A DNA stretch of 64,000 nucleotides. Source: a bacterium. GTDB taxonomy: Bacteria > Patescibacteriota > Minisyncoccia > Phycocordibacterales > CAIZLB01. The translations under genes were made by a program, and so were the position numbers. Shown here piece after piece: positions 18,488 through 28,448 of the stretch. The notes under the pieces are model-generated. The model was not told the origin of the DNA and made no database searches. It saw only the letters and a list, made by a program, of their open reading frames with translations. The stretch is taken from positions 13,211 through 77,210 of the forward strand of contig JAIXXV010000032.1 of NCBI GenBank assembly GCA_027490575.1, read 5' to 3'. Numbering within the stretch: the first letter of the stretch is position 1; each line of letters begins with the position of its first letter.

Positions 18488-18976
18488 ATGACACCAGAAA
18501 TAAAAAGCAGGAAAGATTACCTCAAAAAGCTCAACTATTTAAACAAGGAAAAAATCTGCGGATTTTGTAATATTAAAAAAGAATTTATCATTAAAGAGTT
18601 CAAAAATTGGATATGGGTATTTAGTGAGTTTCCGTACTGGAAGTACAATACGATTATCATCTCAAAAAAGCATAAGACCAATTTTTCAGAACTAACATCT
18701 AGAGAAGTATCTGAATTAAAAGATATTTTTGTATTTGCTGAAAATAGTTACAAAAAAGCAGATATAGTAAAAGACGATTCTACTTGGGGAATGGATATAT
18801 TGTGGAGACAAAGAGCAAAGACCAATGGTTACGAGACAAGGTCACATATTCATATACATTTATGCCCACAACCCGAAGGCAGGTTTAATCCTATTCTAGA
18901 CAACAAATCACATAAAATAAAGCCAGAACTACTAATTAGCGCTGCAAAAACATTGAGAACAAAGCAGATAAAGTAG
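18488..18976 (+). CDS. HIT-family (histidine triad) hydrolase-like protein
   Basis: N-terminal C-x2-C (CGFC) and C-terminal histidine triad SHIHIHL; AT-rich codon usage. Confidence 0.55.
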   Translation: MTPEIKSRKDYLKKLNYLNKEKICGFCNIKKEFIIKEFKNWIWVFSEFPYWKYNTIIISKKHKTNFSELTSREVSELKDIFVFAENSYKKADIVKDDSTWGMDILWRQRAKTNGYETRSHIHIHLCPQPEGRFNPILDNKSHKIKPELLISAAKTLRTKQIK

Positions 18977-18978
18977 AC

Positions 18979-19509
18979 CTAAACCAAACTCCCCCACCTC
19001 TCCACATGACACGTATACCCACCTGGATTCTTCTGTAGGTAGTCTTGGTGATAATCCTCAGCTGACCAAAACTTTTTAAATGGTTCTAGTGTAGTGACGA
19101 CTGGATCTTTCCAAAGACCACTTTCATTTACAATCTTTATCATTTTTTCAGCATCTTGTTTTTCTTCTTCATCTTGATAGAAAATTGCGGATCTGTATGA
19201 AGAACCGATATCATTTCCCTGACGATTGACCGTAGTTGGATTATGAATTCTGAAGAAATAATCAAGTATTTTTAAATAACTCGTAACTGCTGGGTCGTAT
19301 GTTATTTCCATTGCCTCAGCGTGCGATTCTGCAGAATCGTGTCGCGCAATGTCCATTGAAGCGCGACCGTGACGCTCGTATGTAGGATTATCATTTTGTC
19401 CACCACTATAACCTACCTCAGAATCAATCACACCTTCTTGCTTTCTAAATAGCTCTTCCATTCCCCAGAAACATCCACCTGCAATATATGCTTTTTTATA
19501 GTTGTTCAT
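18979..19509 (-). CDS. msrA: peptide methionine sulfoxide reductase MsrA
   Basis: GGCFWG active-site motif at the N-terminus; family length. Confidence 0.9.
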   Translation of the reverse strand: MNNYKKAYIAGGCFWGMEELFRKQEGVIDSEVGYSGGQNDNPTYERHGRASMDIARHDSAESHAEAMEITYDPAVTSYLKILDYFFRIHNPTTVNRQGNDIGSSYRSAIFYQDEEEKQDAEKMIKIVNESGLWKDPVVTTLEPFKKFWSAEDYHQDYLQKNPGGYTCHVERWGSLV

Positions 19510-19545
19510 AATTACTAATTGTTAACTACCAATTGATAATTGCTA
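19510..19545. repeat. 7-nt periodic array abutting the msrA start codon
   Basis: Minus strand reads CAATTAT CAATTGG TAGTTAA CAATTAG TAATT-ATG; fills the entire msrB-msrA intergenic spacer; no Shine-Dalgarno. Confidence 0.55.
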
Positions 19546-19947
19546 TTCCTCCTTTTTAAAATCCAAAGAAATACTATTGATACAGTACCTATCACACACT
19601 CCGCCACTTGCTTTCACGGGACCATCTGGAAAAACATGACCTAGGTGTGCTCCGCATTTTTTACACAAAACCTCAGTCCTTCTCATACCATGCGTATCAT
19701 CTGGCACCAAAGTCACAGCTTCTACATCAGCAGGGTCTGTAAATGATGGCCATCCCGAACCACTGTCAAACTTTGTATTCGAAGAAAAAAGCTCAGTACC
19801 GCATACGGCACAGTGATACATACCGTTACCTTTCTCATTTACATGTTTCCCTACAAAAGGCGCCTCGGTTCCTTTTTCAAATGCGACTTTGTATAGTTCC
19901 GGATTTTTTTCTTTTAATTCCTCATGATTAGTGTTGGTGTTATTCAT
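19543..19947 (-). CDS. msrB: peptide methionine sulfoxide reductase MsrB
   Basis: Two CxxC zinc motifs (CAVCGTELF; [12 protein letters not shown]) and the SelR core. Confidence 0.9.
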   Translation of the reverse strand: MNNTNTNHEELKEKNPELYKVAFEKGTEAPFVGKHVNEKGNGMYHCAVCGTELFSSNTKFDSGSGWPSFTDPADVEAVTLVPDDTHGMRRTEVLCKKCGAHLGHVFPDGPVKASGGVCDRYCINSISLDFKKEE

Positions 19948-20050
19948 GTACTAATTATACTCCTATTGATCGAAATTGTTATTAAGTAATAAATATGGCA
20001 TTATGTTTTATCTAAATAAATTGGCTTTTGCCGTAGCCTGTAAGCACCAA

Positions 20051-21379
20051 ATGACTAAAAACAAGGATAAATTGAGAATATTATCAATAGAAACCAGCTG
20101 TGACGAGACAGCAGTTTCAATAATAGACGCTGAAGGAGGTGTTGATACACCTGTTTTCAAAGTTCTTGGAAATGCACTCTACTCACAAATAGACTTACAT
20201 GCCGAATACGGTGGTGTATTCCCGATGCTTGCCAAAAGAGAGCATGGTAAAAATCTGGTTCCACTACTTGATCAAGCAGTTGATATTGCTTTAAAATCAG
20301 CTGACATAACTGACAGTACTGCACAATCCACAGAATCACAAAACTCATTCACAAACCTCACCGAGCAAACTACTCTCATCACAAGCATCCTAGAGAAAGA
20401 GCAAGGTCTATCAGAGACTCTACTAAAATACCTTGAAGAAAATATAAATAAATTATCAAGTTTAAATATAGATTATATTGCGGTAACAAAAGGACCAGGG
20501 CTTGAACCCGCTCTTTGGGTAGGTATTAGTTTTGCAAAAGCACTTTCTATAGCTGTGCAAAAACCATTGATACCTATAAATCACATGGAAGGTCATATTG
20601 TTTCTGTTTTGACTGACGATACTCTGAACGGAGCCCCTAGCGACTCGGTAGAGCACAGAGTAAACTTCCCCGCTCTCGCATTACTAATCTCTGGTGGCCA
20701 CACCGAGCTAGTAGAATGCAAAAACTGGAATGAATACAAGATAATCGGACACACTGTGGATGATGCTATAGGTGAAGCCTTCGACAAAGTAGCTAGACTC
20801 ATCGGTATACCATATCCCGGTGGACCAGTCATATCAAAGCTTGCAAAGGAAAGTCGAGATCAAGACACAACTGCTGAATACGAAAGAACTCATGGAAACA
20901 GACCATGGTCACTCCCTCGACCAATGATACATAGTAAGGATTTAAACTTTTCGTTTTCAGGTATCAAGACCGCTGTTCTATACGCTGTTAGGGAAAAAAC
21001 AGCACAATCAAAGGGTGCAGAACTATCGGACACTGACAAAAAAACATTAGCAGAAGAATTTGAAAATGCTGTAACTGAAGTTATTATCAAAAAAACTGAA
21101 AGGGCCATTGAACAAACTCACTCCGAAACACTCATAGTGGGTGGCGGTGTTATTGCAAATACATACATACGAAATGAACTGAAAAAAATGATTTCAGAAA
21201 AGTTCTCACATGTATCACTTTTGATACCGACCCTTGATATGACAACAGATAACTCAGTCATGATTGGAGTTGCTGGGTATTTGAAAGCTATTTCTAAACC
21301 TGAAAACATCATCCTGCCTGGTGATATAGAAAAACTCACTGCACTTGGTGCCAAAGGTAGTCTTGGACTAGAAGAATAA
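20051..21379 (+). CDS. tsaD: tRNA N6-adenosine threonylcarbamoyltransferase TsaD (Kae1/YgjD family) with insertions
   Basis: LRILSIETSCDETAVSI N-terminus, metal-binding His pair region; start taken at MTKNKDKL (the ORF track begins 25 codons earlier at 19976). Confidence 0.8.
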   Translation: MTKNKDKLRILSIETSCDETAVSIIDAEGGVDTPVFKVLGNALYSQIDLHAEYGGVFPMLAKREHGKNLVPLLDQAVDIALKSADITDSTAQSTESQNSFTNLTEQTTLITSILEKEQGLSETLLKYLEENINKLSSLNIDYIAVTKGPGLEPALWVGISFAKALSIAVQKPLIPINHMEGHIVSVLTDDTLNGAPSDSVEHRVNFPALALLISGGHTELVECKNWNEYKIIGHTVDDAIGEAFDKVARLIGIPYPGGPVISKLAKESRDQDTTAEYERTHGNRPWSLPRPMIHSKDLNFSFSGIKTAVLYAVREKTAQSKGAELSDTDKKTLAEEFENAVTEVIIKKTERAIEQTHSETLIVGGGVIANTYIRNELKKMISEKFSHVSLLIPTLDMTTDNSVMIGVAGYLKAISKPENIILPGDIEKLTALGAKGSLGLEE

Positions 21380-21429
21380 TCCGACTTGCGTTCAATCACA
21401 CCGTGAGTTTTCAGGTGGGATTTTCTAAT

Positions 21430-21771
21430 CTACATCACAAACTCAATACTCAAAGTACAAGTATCTCCTTGTTGCAAACCTTCAGCTCTCCGTATTTTCG
21501 CATTTATAGGTAAAATGTATTCTGTGACACCTTTAGTATTTAAAGTCTTAGTCGGAAATACTGATGATGACCATGTCGACTTTCCCACCAAAACATTTAC
21601 CTTTACAGTACCAAAATCTCTACCAACTTTCTTTATCTCTTTTCTACGATTGTTAATGATCTCCGAATACCCGCTCGGCAAAGTCACAAAATGCCAACTC
21701 GCCGATTCACTCGGATATATCCATATTTGAGCTGTGAATGGTTTTAACTTCACTTTCACATATTTTGCCAC
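21430..21771 (-). CDS. DUF1905-like small protein
   Basis: 113 aa; W.FV.LP...VKVNVLVGKSTW.SSVFP....GVTEYILPIN...GD pattern. Confidence 0.45.
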   Translation of the reverse strand: MAKYVKVKLKPFTAQIWIYPSESASWHFVTLPSGYSEIINNRRKEIKKVGRDFGTVKVNVLVGKSTWSSSVFPTKTLNTKGVTEYILPINAKIRRAEGLQQGDTCTLSIEFVM

Positions 21772-22009
21772 ATATTCTATTAATTATGTAATAAATCTAT
21801 CTATTTACAAATATATGTATTAATGATATAATATAGGCACTTTTGGTTTAGTTAAAAGCTTCCCTTTTGTCTAAAGGTGAGCTCATAAGCCCAAGGTATT
21901 GTTCATTGAAAAGTATAAGGTGGCGCATTAGTCATCTTTACCAAAAAACAAAAAAGAAAGGATTAGAAAAGTGAAATCATTAAGGCAACTAAGTGTTGAG
22001 GTGAAAAAA

Positions 22010-23038
22010 ATGGGCCGTGAACTCAGAGTGGTCACCCACGACGGCATGAGCCATCCAGATGAAGCATTTGTACTCGCCATGATCAAGTGGCTCTGTATCA
22101 ATGTTTTGAATGTCAAATACAAATTCAAACGCACACGGGATCCAGGCCTCATAAATGCTGCGGACATTGCAATCGATGTCGGCAACGTTTATGACCCTGA
22201 GCATTTCCGGTACGATCATCACGGTCCAGAAGGTGCTGGAAGGCGTCCTGAAAAGGCAGGTCACCAAGGAATCAGCTACTCTTCTTTCGGGATCTTTTGG
22301 AAAGATCATGGTCTAGAATTCGTATCAGGTGTCGTAAAAAAGCTTACTGATTACGAAATTCCAACATGGATACTTGAAAAAGCCGTTGGAGAAGTCGACA
22401 GAAATCTGGTTGAAGGGACATGCGCCTTAGATACCGGAGAAGCGAAGGTCAGGTCAAACAACATCAGAGTACCTTCGTTGCATTCAGCTTTTTCAGTAAT
22501 AAACCCGACGTGGATTGAGGCTTCCGGAAAAGATGCACGTGACAACGCGCTCTGGAACTCTCTTCCTATGATGGGTGACATACTGATTGGCTACATCATG
22601 AGGTCGGTCGAACATCACTACTCCGAAAGCTACGTGATGCAAGGAATCAATTCATGTCGTGACGGGATCTTGGTACTCAAAACACCGACCCAGGCATGGA
22701 GAAGACTTGTCAACAAATCAAGACGAGGGAATGAAATCCTTACTGTGGTTCAGCCACAGATGGATGACGCTCAAACTTGGTGTGTTCATGCGGTAGAGGA
22801 TGGAGAAGGTACTCTGAGGATTCGCTTTCCTGAAGAGTGGGGTGGTCTGGAGCAAGATAGCTTGCGTAGTGTCACTGGTAACGAAAAAGTAACCTTTGTA
22901 CACACAGCGGGTTTTATCGCTGCAGCTGAAGACAAACAAAGCGCGATTATGTTAGCAAAGCTGGGTATCGCCAAGTATCAAAAAGAAGACGAATACGAAG
23001 GGGCAGGTTTGGATTCAGAAACTGCTACCGTAAACTAA
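22010..23038 (+). CDS. MYG1-family (UPF0160) metal-dependent hydrolase/exonuclease
   Basis: VVTHDGMSHPDEAFV...IDVGNVYDPEHFRYDHHG matches the MYG1 signature (THxGxFHADEA...DVGG.YDP...RYDHHQ); start at MGRELRV with a GAGGTG RBS. Confidence 0.7.
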   Translation: MGRELRVVTHDGMSHPDEAFVLAMIKWLCINVLNVKYKFKRTRDPGLINAADIAIDVGNVYDPEHFRYDHHGPEGAGRRPEKAGHQGISYSSFGIFWKDHGLEFVSGVVKKLTDYEIPTWILEKAVGEVDRNLVEGTCALDTGEAKVRSNNIRVPSLHSAFSVINPTWIEASGKDARDNALWNSLPMMGDILIGYIMRSVEHHYSESYVMQGINSCRDGILVLKTPTQAWRRLVNKSRRGNEILTVVQPQMDDAQTWCVHAVEDGEGTLRIRFPEEWGGLEQDSLRSVTGNEKVTFVHTAGFIAAAEDKQSAIMLAKLGIAKYQKEDEYEGAGLDSETATVN

Positions 23039-23070
23039 CAATCTCACTGACATAAGTCAGTCGAGGTCGT

Positions 23071-23105
23071 AGGGCTCCCCCAGTGGGAGCCCTATATTTT
23101 TTTAT
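23071..23105 (+). terminator. rho-independent terminator
   Basis: AGGGCTCCC-CCAGT-GGGAGCCCT followed by ATATTTTTTT. Confidence 0.65.
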
Positions 23106-23134
23106 ATAAAACTTGCTTAAATAGATAGATGCAT

Positions 23135-23172
23135 AAATAAAAACCCACCGGCGAAACAAGTCGCTCGGTGGG
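23135..23172 (-). terminator. rho-independent terminator (minus strand) for the 23252-23878 ORF
   Basis: Minus strand CCCACCGAGCGACTTGTTTCGCCGGTGGG followed by TTTTTATTT. Confidence 0.6.
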
Positions 23173-23251
23173 CACACTAACTTGTTGATACACTTGTGGA
23201 CAGACAAATGCATGCAAGCAGGTAGCAAAGCTAACGAGACTGGCCAACTCT

Positions 23252-23878
23252 TCAAGGTACAGGATTCGCAAGTACAGTTAAGAGCCAAATTAGACCCACA
23301 ACACTAGCGAGGACAGAACCTACTGTAAGTACGAGTACCCATCTGAACCTTGAAGATTTGCTTTCCTTCATCTCCAATATCAAGGATTTTCTTTTCACCA
23401 GTCTTTCAGCAAGAAGCTTGCAAAAAGTATCCATCAGCTTTGTTCCACTGCCTGCCAATCTCAACTCTTCAGATGTTGGCTTAGGTACCTTGATTGAATC
23501 ATTGAAAAATGTCCAATCTTTTGAGAAGAGATGAGAATGAGAGTAAAGCCTGATCAAACTCGACAACCTCGGCACATCCCCCCAAGTAAGATTGTTCCAA
23601 AAAGAAGCAATGTGACTTGAATGCATGCTTCCTGGACCGAAAGGATCGGTGACCATATCAACAATCTTCTCGTAGACATAGTCAAAACTCGAATTCATCG
23701 TGCGAGGGATTTCCTGATCTGGATTGAATGGTCTTTTCTTACCCCTACGACCCAGTACTCTTCTTATCGCATTGTTACGACGACGTAACTTTTCCCTTCG
23801 TCTCGCTTCCTCTTTCTTTGCCAGTTTTCTTTGTTCCGACACCGCCTTTTCACTGTGCTTAATTCCACTAAGATTCAT
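23252..23878 (-). CDS. hypothetical protein with a highly basic N-terminus and a C-terminal TM helix
   Basis: 208-aa ORF; RRREKLRRRNNAIRR basic stretch; C-terminal hydrophobic helix. Confidence 0.45.
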   Translation of the reverse strand: MNLSGIKHSEKAVSEQRKLAKKEEARRREKLRRRNNAIRRVLGRRGKKRPFNPDQEIPRTMNSSFDYVYEKIVDMVTDPFGPGSMHSSHIASFWNNLTWGDVPRLSSLIRLYSHSHLFSKDWTFFNDSIKVPKPTSEELRLAGSGTKLMDTFCKLLAERLVKRKSLILEMKESKSSRFRWVLVLTVGSVLASVVGLIWLLTVLANPVP

Positions 23879-24082
23879 AAACAGCCTCCTTTTTTATTGG
23901 TTTAGTTTTGACTTGAGAATGAGCTATACCGACGGACATGTGTAGCCGAGGTAACTGTATTTTCCTGACTACATATTACATAATATCTAGACATTATCAA
24001 TGTGTCCGCTATCTACTAACGGCACCCCTACTCCTACTATCTGCAAACTGACAACCCCTTAAAAATCTGATAATATCTACCT

Positions 24083-26560
24083 ATGACCAATAATACAAAT
24101 AGTGGTGGTCCTGGTTTTGAACATAACCAAGAGCCTGCCACTCAAAACAATCCTAAAAACAATATCCGAGACACAGACAAGCCTATTTACAAAGAGCCTA
24201 ATATCCCTGCGCCACTACTCTCACCTTACAACCCTGCATTATCAGAACCTGTTGCCATATCTATCAACGAGAAAAGTGGACTTGCTAATCCTGATAAATG
24301 CATAGAGCTTGGACTGACATCAACAGACGCACCGCACTACTCCATAGTACTTCCCCCACCAAATGTTACAGGCACACTTCACTTAGGACATGGTCTGATG
24401 GCGACTCTACAAGATATCAGTATTCGTTTTGAGCGTATGCGTGGCAAGCAGGCACTTTGGATACCAGGTACCGACCACGCTGCCATTGCTACTCAATCAA
24501 AAGTAGAAAAAGATATTTCAAAGAAAGAAGGTAAAAGCCGTTATGACCTTGGTCGCGATGAGATGCTTAAGCGCATAGACGCATTTGCAACTGAAAGTCA
24601 TGACACTATAGTCACTCAGATAAAGAGAATGGGTGCATCTTTGGATTGGTCACGAGAAGCATTTACACTCGATGAAGCTCGTAACAAAGCAGTGAGAACA
24701 GTTTTCAAAAAAATGTACGACGATGGTTTGATATATCAAGGATCGCGCATAGTAAACTGGGACCCAAAAGGACAGACTACGATTTCTGATGATGAGATTG
24801 TGCATGAAGAGAGGAAAGCAAAGCTATACACATTTAAATACAGCAAAGATTTCCCTATCTCTATCTCAACGACTAGACCTGAGACAAAGGTTGGAGATAC
24901 AGCAGTAGCAGTACACCCAGAAGATGAAAGATATGCAGAGTATGTTGGTAAAACATATGACCTAGATTTTTGTGGGTCAAAGATTTCTGTAAAGATTATT
25001 GCTGATCATGCAGTTGAAAAAGACTTCGGTACAGGTGCTCTCGGAGTAACACCTGCCCACAGTATGGTTGACTGGGAAATGTCTCGTAGACATGACTTGC
25101 CAGTTGTACAGGTCATAGATGAAAAGGCTCGAATGATTGTTTCTCAAGACTCCCCTCTCTATGACAAAGAAAAAAATATCGGTATGAAGACTACTGATGC
25201 ACGCGAAAAGGTCGTCGAGTGGTTACGTGAGCAAGGTCTTCTAGAAAAAGAAGAAGATATTATACAAAGAATCGGTACAGCAGAGAGAACAGGTGGTATC
25301 ATCGAGCCTCTTCCGAAGAAACAATGGTGGGTAGCTGTTACAAAACCATTTACAATCAAACACTCAAATATCAGTGGTGTACAAAGCGGTCAACAAACAA
25401 CTCTAAAAGAGATAATGCAAAAAGCTGTTTCAGAAGGACAGATTGCTATTATGCCCGAGCATTACAATAAGACTTATTTCCACTGGATAGATAACCTCAA
25501 CGACTGGTGTATTTCTAGACAGATTTGGTATGGGCATAGGATACCTGTTTGGTACAAGATGGGTTCAAGCGACCAAAGTTCAGGTGCGATTTCTAGCTCA
25601 GCAAAAAGCGAAGTGTACTGCGATGTTCTATCACCTACCGAAGCTGGTCTACCTGATGCTGACATGTATGTACAAGATGAAGACACCCTAGACACTTGGT
25701 TCTCATCTGGTCTTTGGACTTTCTCGACGCTTGGATGGCCAGACAACATTGACGCTAAAACTGGAGAAACAATGGCTGGCTCTGACCTTTCTCGTTTTCA
25801 CCCTACAAACCTGCTTATCACTGGACCTGACATACTTTTCTTCTGGGTTGCACGAATGATCTTGATGACAGGATACGCACTTGGTGAAATACCATTTTCA
25901 AAAGTATACCTAAACGGTATCGTTCGAGATATCAAGGGTCAAAAGATGAGTAAGTCACTTGGAAACGGTGGAGACCCGGTAGAGATATCTGAAAAGTACG
26001 GCGCGGATGCACTTCGTATGTTCTACGCTATGAGTACAGCGCCAGGAACTGATTCTAGGCTAGATGAAAACAAGATAAAGGGCTTTAAGCATTTTGCAAA
26101 TAAGATTTGGAATATCGTAAGGTTCGTGCTGACTGCAACAGAAAACCATACATATGATAAAAGCTTCAGTGGATGGACAGAAAAAGACTCAGTACTGCGC
26201 GCAGAGAGAGATGATATTTTCAAAGCTGTAACCAGAGAGATAGAAGAGAGCAAATACCACCTAGCATCTGAAAAAGTTTATCAATATACATGGAGTACCC
26301 TTGCTGATGTAATACTTGAGGATAGCAAGTTCGTATTCGCAGGTAATGACGAGGAGGCAAAATTATCTCGAGCAAAGTTTCTACTTGAGACAATCAGACT
26401 TATCACGATAGTCGCGCACCCTTTCATGCCACATGTCACTGAAGAAGTTTGGTCATTGTTAACCACAGGTAAAAGTCTAATAGAGCGAGTACAAAACGAT
26501 ACTTCACATGCTACAATAAATCCAAGCGATCTATTGATGGCACAAAAATGGCCTTTTTAA
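24083..26560 (+). CDS. valS: valyl-tRNA synthetase (compact form with an about 80-aa N-terminal extension)
   Basis: PPPNVTGTLHLGHGL (HIGH), KMSKSLGN (KMSKS), ValRS-type editing and anticodon regions. Confidence 0.9.
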   Translation: MTNNTNSGGPGFEHNQEPATQNNPKNNIRDTDKPIYKEPNIPAPLLSPYNPALSEPVAISINEKSGLANPDKCIELGLTSTDAPHYSIVLPPPNVTGTLHLGHGLMATLQDISIRFERMRGKQALWIPGTDHAAIATQSKVEKDISKKEGKSRYDLGRDEMLKRIDAFATESHDTIVTQIKRMGASLDWSREAFTLDEARNKAVRTVFKKMYDDGLIYQGSRIVNWDPKGQTTISDDEIVHEERKAKLYTFKYSKDFPISISTTRPETKVGDTAVAVHPEDERYAEYVGKTYDLDFCGSKISVKIIADHAVEKDFGTGALGVTPAHSMVDWEMSRRHDLPVVQVIDEKARMIVSQDSPLYDKEKNIGMKTTDAREKVVEWLREQGLLEKEEDIIQRIGTAERTGGIIEPLPKKQWWVAVTKPFTIKHSNISGVQSGQQTTLKEIMQKAVSEGQIAIMPEHYNKTYFHWIDNLNDWCISRQIWYGHRIPVWYKMGSSDQSSGAISSSAKSEVYCDVLSPTEAGLPDADMYVQDEDTLDTWFSSGLWTFSTLGWPDNIDAKTGETMAGSDLSRFHPTNLLITGPDILFFWVARMILMTGYALGEIPFSKVYLNGIVRDIKGQKMSKSLGNGGDPVEISEKYGADALRMFYAMSTAPGTDSRLDENKIKGFKHFANKIWNIVRFVLTATENHTYDKSFSGWTEKDSVLRAERDDIFKAVTREIEESKYHLASEKVYQYTWSTLADVILEDSKFVFAGNDEEAKLSRAKFLLETIRLITIVAHPFMPHVTEEVWSLLTTGKSLIERVQNDTSHATINPSDLLMAQKWPF

Positions 26561-27333
26561 GCACACTAAATAATCTAGCATCGACACCGGTTGAGAGTCT
26601 GATAAGTACTCCTAGTATTTTTAGCCTGGAAGTTTTCGGTATTGCACTTATAGGAGGACTCCTACCCGCACTGGTATGGCTTTGGTTCTGGATGCATGAA
26701 AGTCATGACCACCATGAGCCAAAAAGCGTGCTTTGGAGTGTATTCATACTTGGCATGGCCAGTGTTTTTTTAGTACTACCAATACAAGCACTTTTGTCTA
26801 GGTATATGGACTTACCAATGGTGCCCGATAACTCATTCAGCATTATACTTTGGGCTGGTATTGAAGAAATTATAAAATACTCAGTTGCATTTGCTGCAGC
26901 ACTTAGATTTAAACCTGATGTATTTGATGAGCCTATAGACGCATTTGTCTATTTGATGACGGCGGCACTTGGCTTTGCTGCTATGGAAAATATACTTTTC
27001 TTGATTGGGCCACTACTACAAGGCGAGACAATCCTGACTATCATGACAGGTAATATGCGCTTTATGGGTGCCAACTTATTGCATGTTGCTTCATCAGGTG
27101 CACTGTCTATATTTATAGCCTATGGATATTACAAATCAAAAACTGCTCAACTTGGATACTTGATATCAGGACTTGCTGCGGCTACTCTATTGCATGCATT
27201 GTTTAATTTTCTTATAATACTATTAACAGAAATACAAAAGGAAATGATCTTTGTTGCATTCTCATACGTTTGGGTCACTCTGATCATTCTGATTCTGGCA
27301 CTTGAAAAGGTGAAAAAGATAAAACAATTTTAG
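26548..27333 (+). CDS. PrsW-family intramembrane metalloprotease
   Basis: Multi-TM protein; EExxK (GIEEIIKY) and FxxxH (LHALFNF) motifs; 13-nt overlap with valS. Confidence 0.65.
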   Translation: MAFLSTLNNLASTPVESLISTPSIFSLEVFGIALIGGLLPALVWLWFWMHESHDHHEPKSVLWSVFILGMASVFLVLPIQALLSRYMDLPMVPDNSFSIILWAGIEEIIKYSVAFAAALRFKPDVFDEPIDAFVYLMTAALGFAAMENILFLIGPLLQGETILTIMTGNMRFMGANLLHVASSGALSIFIAYGYYKSKTAQLGYLISGLAAATLLHALFNFLIILLTEIQKEMIFVAFSYVWVTLIILILALEKVKKIKQF

Positions 27334-27334
27334 T

Positions 27335-27391
27335 CAGTTAGCAGGTATCAGATGACAGATATCAGTTGTCAGATAGCAGGTATCAGTTAGG
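27335..27391 (+). repeat. 7-nt periodic CAGNNNN array (8 units)
   Basis: CAGTTAG CAGGTAT CAGATGA CAGATAT CAGTTGT CAGATAG CAGGTAT CAGTTAG directly after the prsW stop, about 55 nt upstream of the hsp20 ATG. Confidence 0.65.
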
Positions 27392-27447
27392 GGCAAAAAA
27401 AGGCGGGCAAATTAATAATTAGTAACTTCAAGCATTAAGCAAAAACC

Positions 27448-27933
27448 ATGAAAAAAAGATCATTTTTTGAAAGACTGACAGGTAGTGTAAATCTCGATGA
27501 TGACGATTTCATCTTGGACGAAGATGCAGAGGCTAGCGAACCAAAAGAGATCCGTCGAACAATACAACCAGGCGCGTCTTCATGGATGGATGAGCAGGCT
27601 GGTGAAGGTGAGCTTTCTGTAGATGTGTACCAAACTCCTGATGAAATAATTGTAAAAGCCCTTATACCTGGTGTTAGAAAAGATGATGTTGATATATCTA
27701 TATCTCGAGACTCTATAACTATTCGCGGTAGCAGAAAAGAAGAAAAAACTATCTCAGACGATAACTACATTGTTCAAGAGCTATATTGGGGAGCATTTTC
27801 AAGAACTGTTAGACTTCCCCATGAAGTAGACATCGAGCACTCAGATGCTACTGAAAGCCAAGGGGTGCTTACGATAAAACTTCCTCGAGTAGACAAGGAC
27901 AGACAAGCGAAGCTTAGGGTGAAGTCTGTTTAG
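27448..27933 (+). CDS. Hsp20/alpha-crystallin family small heat-shock protein
   Basis: Alpha-crystallin domain (DVYQTPDEIIVKALIPGV...AFSRTVRLP...GVLTIKLPR). Confidence 0.85.
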   Translation: MKKRSFFERLTGSVNLDDDDFILDEDAEASEPKEIRRTIQPGASSWMDEQAGEGELSVDVYQTPDEIIVKALIPGVRKDDVDISISRDSITIRGSRKEEKTISDDNYIVQELYWGAFSRTVRLPHEVDIEHSDATESQGVLTIKLPRVDKDRQAKLRVKSV

Positions 27934-27980
27934 GTTTAGGGTTGATGTTGAGCTCTTTGGATAAGTTAAATATATACACA

Positions 27981-28010
27981 AGAAAAAAGACCCTAAACGG
28001 GTCTTTTTTA
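27981..28010. terminator. bidirectional rho-independent terminator
   Basis: AAAAAAGACCC-TAAAC-GGGTCTTTTTT between convergent hsp20 and rpsP. Confidence 0.7.
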
Positions 28011-28029
28011 CATCTCTTTATATCTTTGA

Positions 28030-28332
28030 CTATGCAGCTACCGCTTCTTCTTTCTTTGCAACAGTCTTCTTTGGAAGTACGTTTTTCTTTTTAGCATCTA
28101 GAACCTTGCTAGTAACTAGTAGGTTGTGAGCAGTATCAGAAACTTGGGCTCCTTTTGAAATCCAATGCTTAATCCTATCAGCTTTTATAATAGTACCATC
28201 CTTTCTAAAGTTGTGAGAACCTAGGATCTCAAGAAACTTACCGCTTTTTGTAGAGTTTTGAGATTCAGTCAAAACAAGTCTAAAAGACGGCTCGTTTTTC
28301 TTCCCTACTCTTTGTAGTCGTATTTTTAACAT
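28030..28332 (-). CDS. rpsP: 30S ribosomal protein S16
   Basis: MLKIRLQRVGKKNEPSFRLVLTESQ...IKHWISKGAQVSDT matches S16; start at the ATG (the ORF track extends to an upstream TTG). Confidence 0.85.
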   Translation of the reverse strand: MLKIRLQRVGKKNEPSFRLVLTESQNSTKSGKFLEILGSHNFRKDGTIIKADRIKHWISKGAQVSDTAHNLLVTSKVLDAKKKNVLPKKTVAKKEEAVAA

Positions 28333-28448
28333 AAGTGGCTTAGATAGTATCAAAAAAGCCCCTAAGCGTCAATGACCATTATGAAATTGGCCTGTTTTCT
28401 GGTAGCATATACACAATAAACGCCCGATAAACATAAAATCAATACAAT

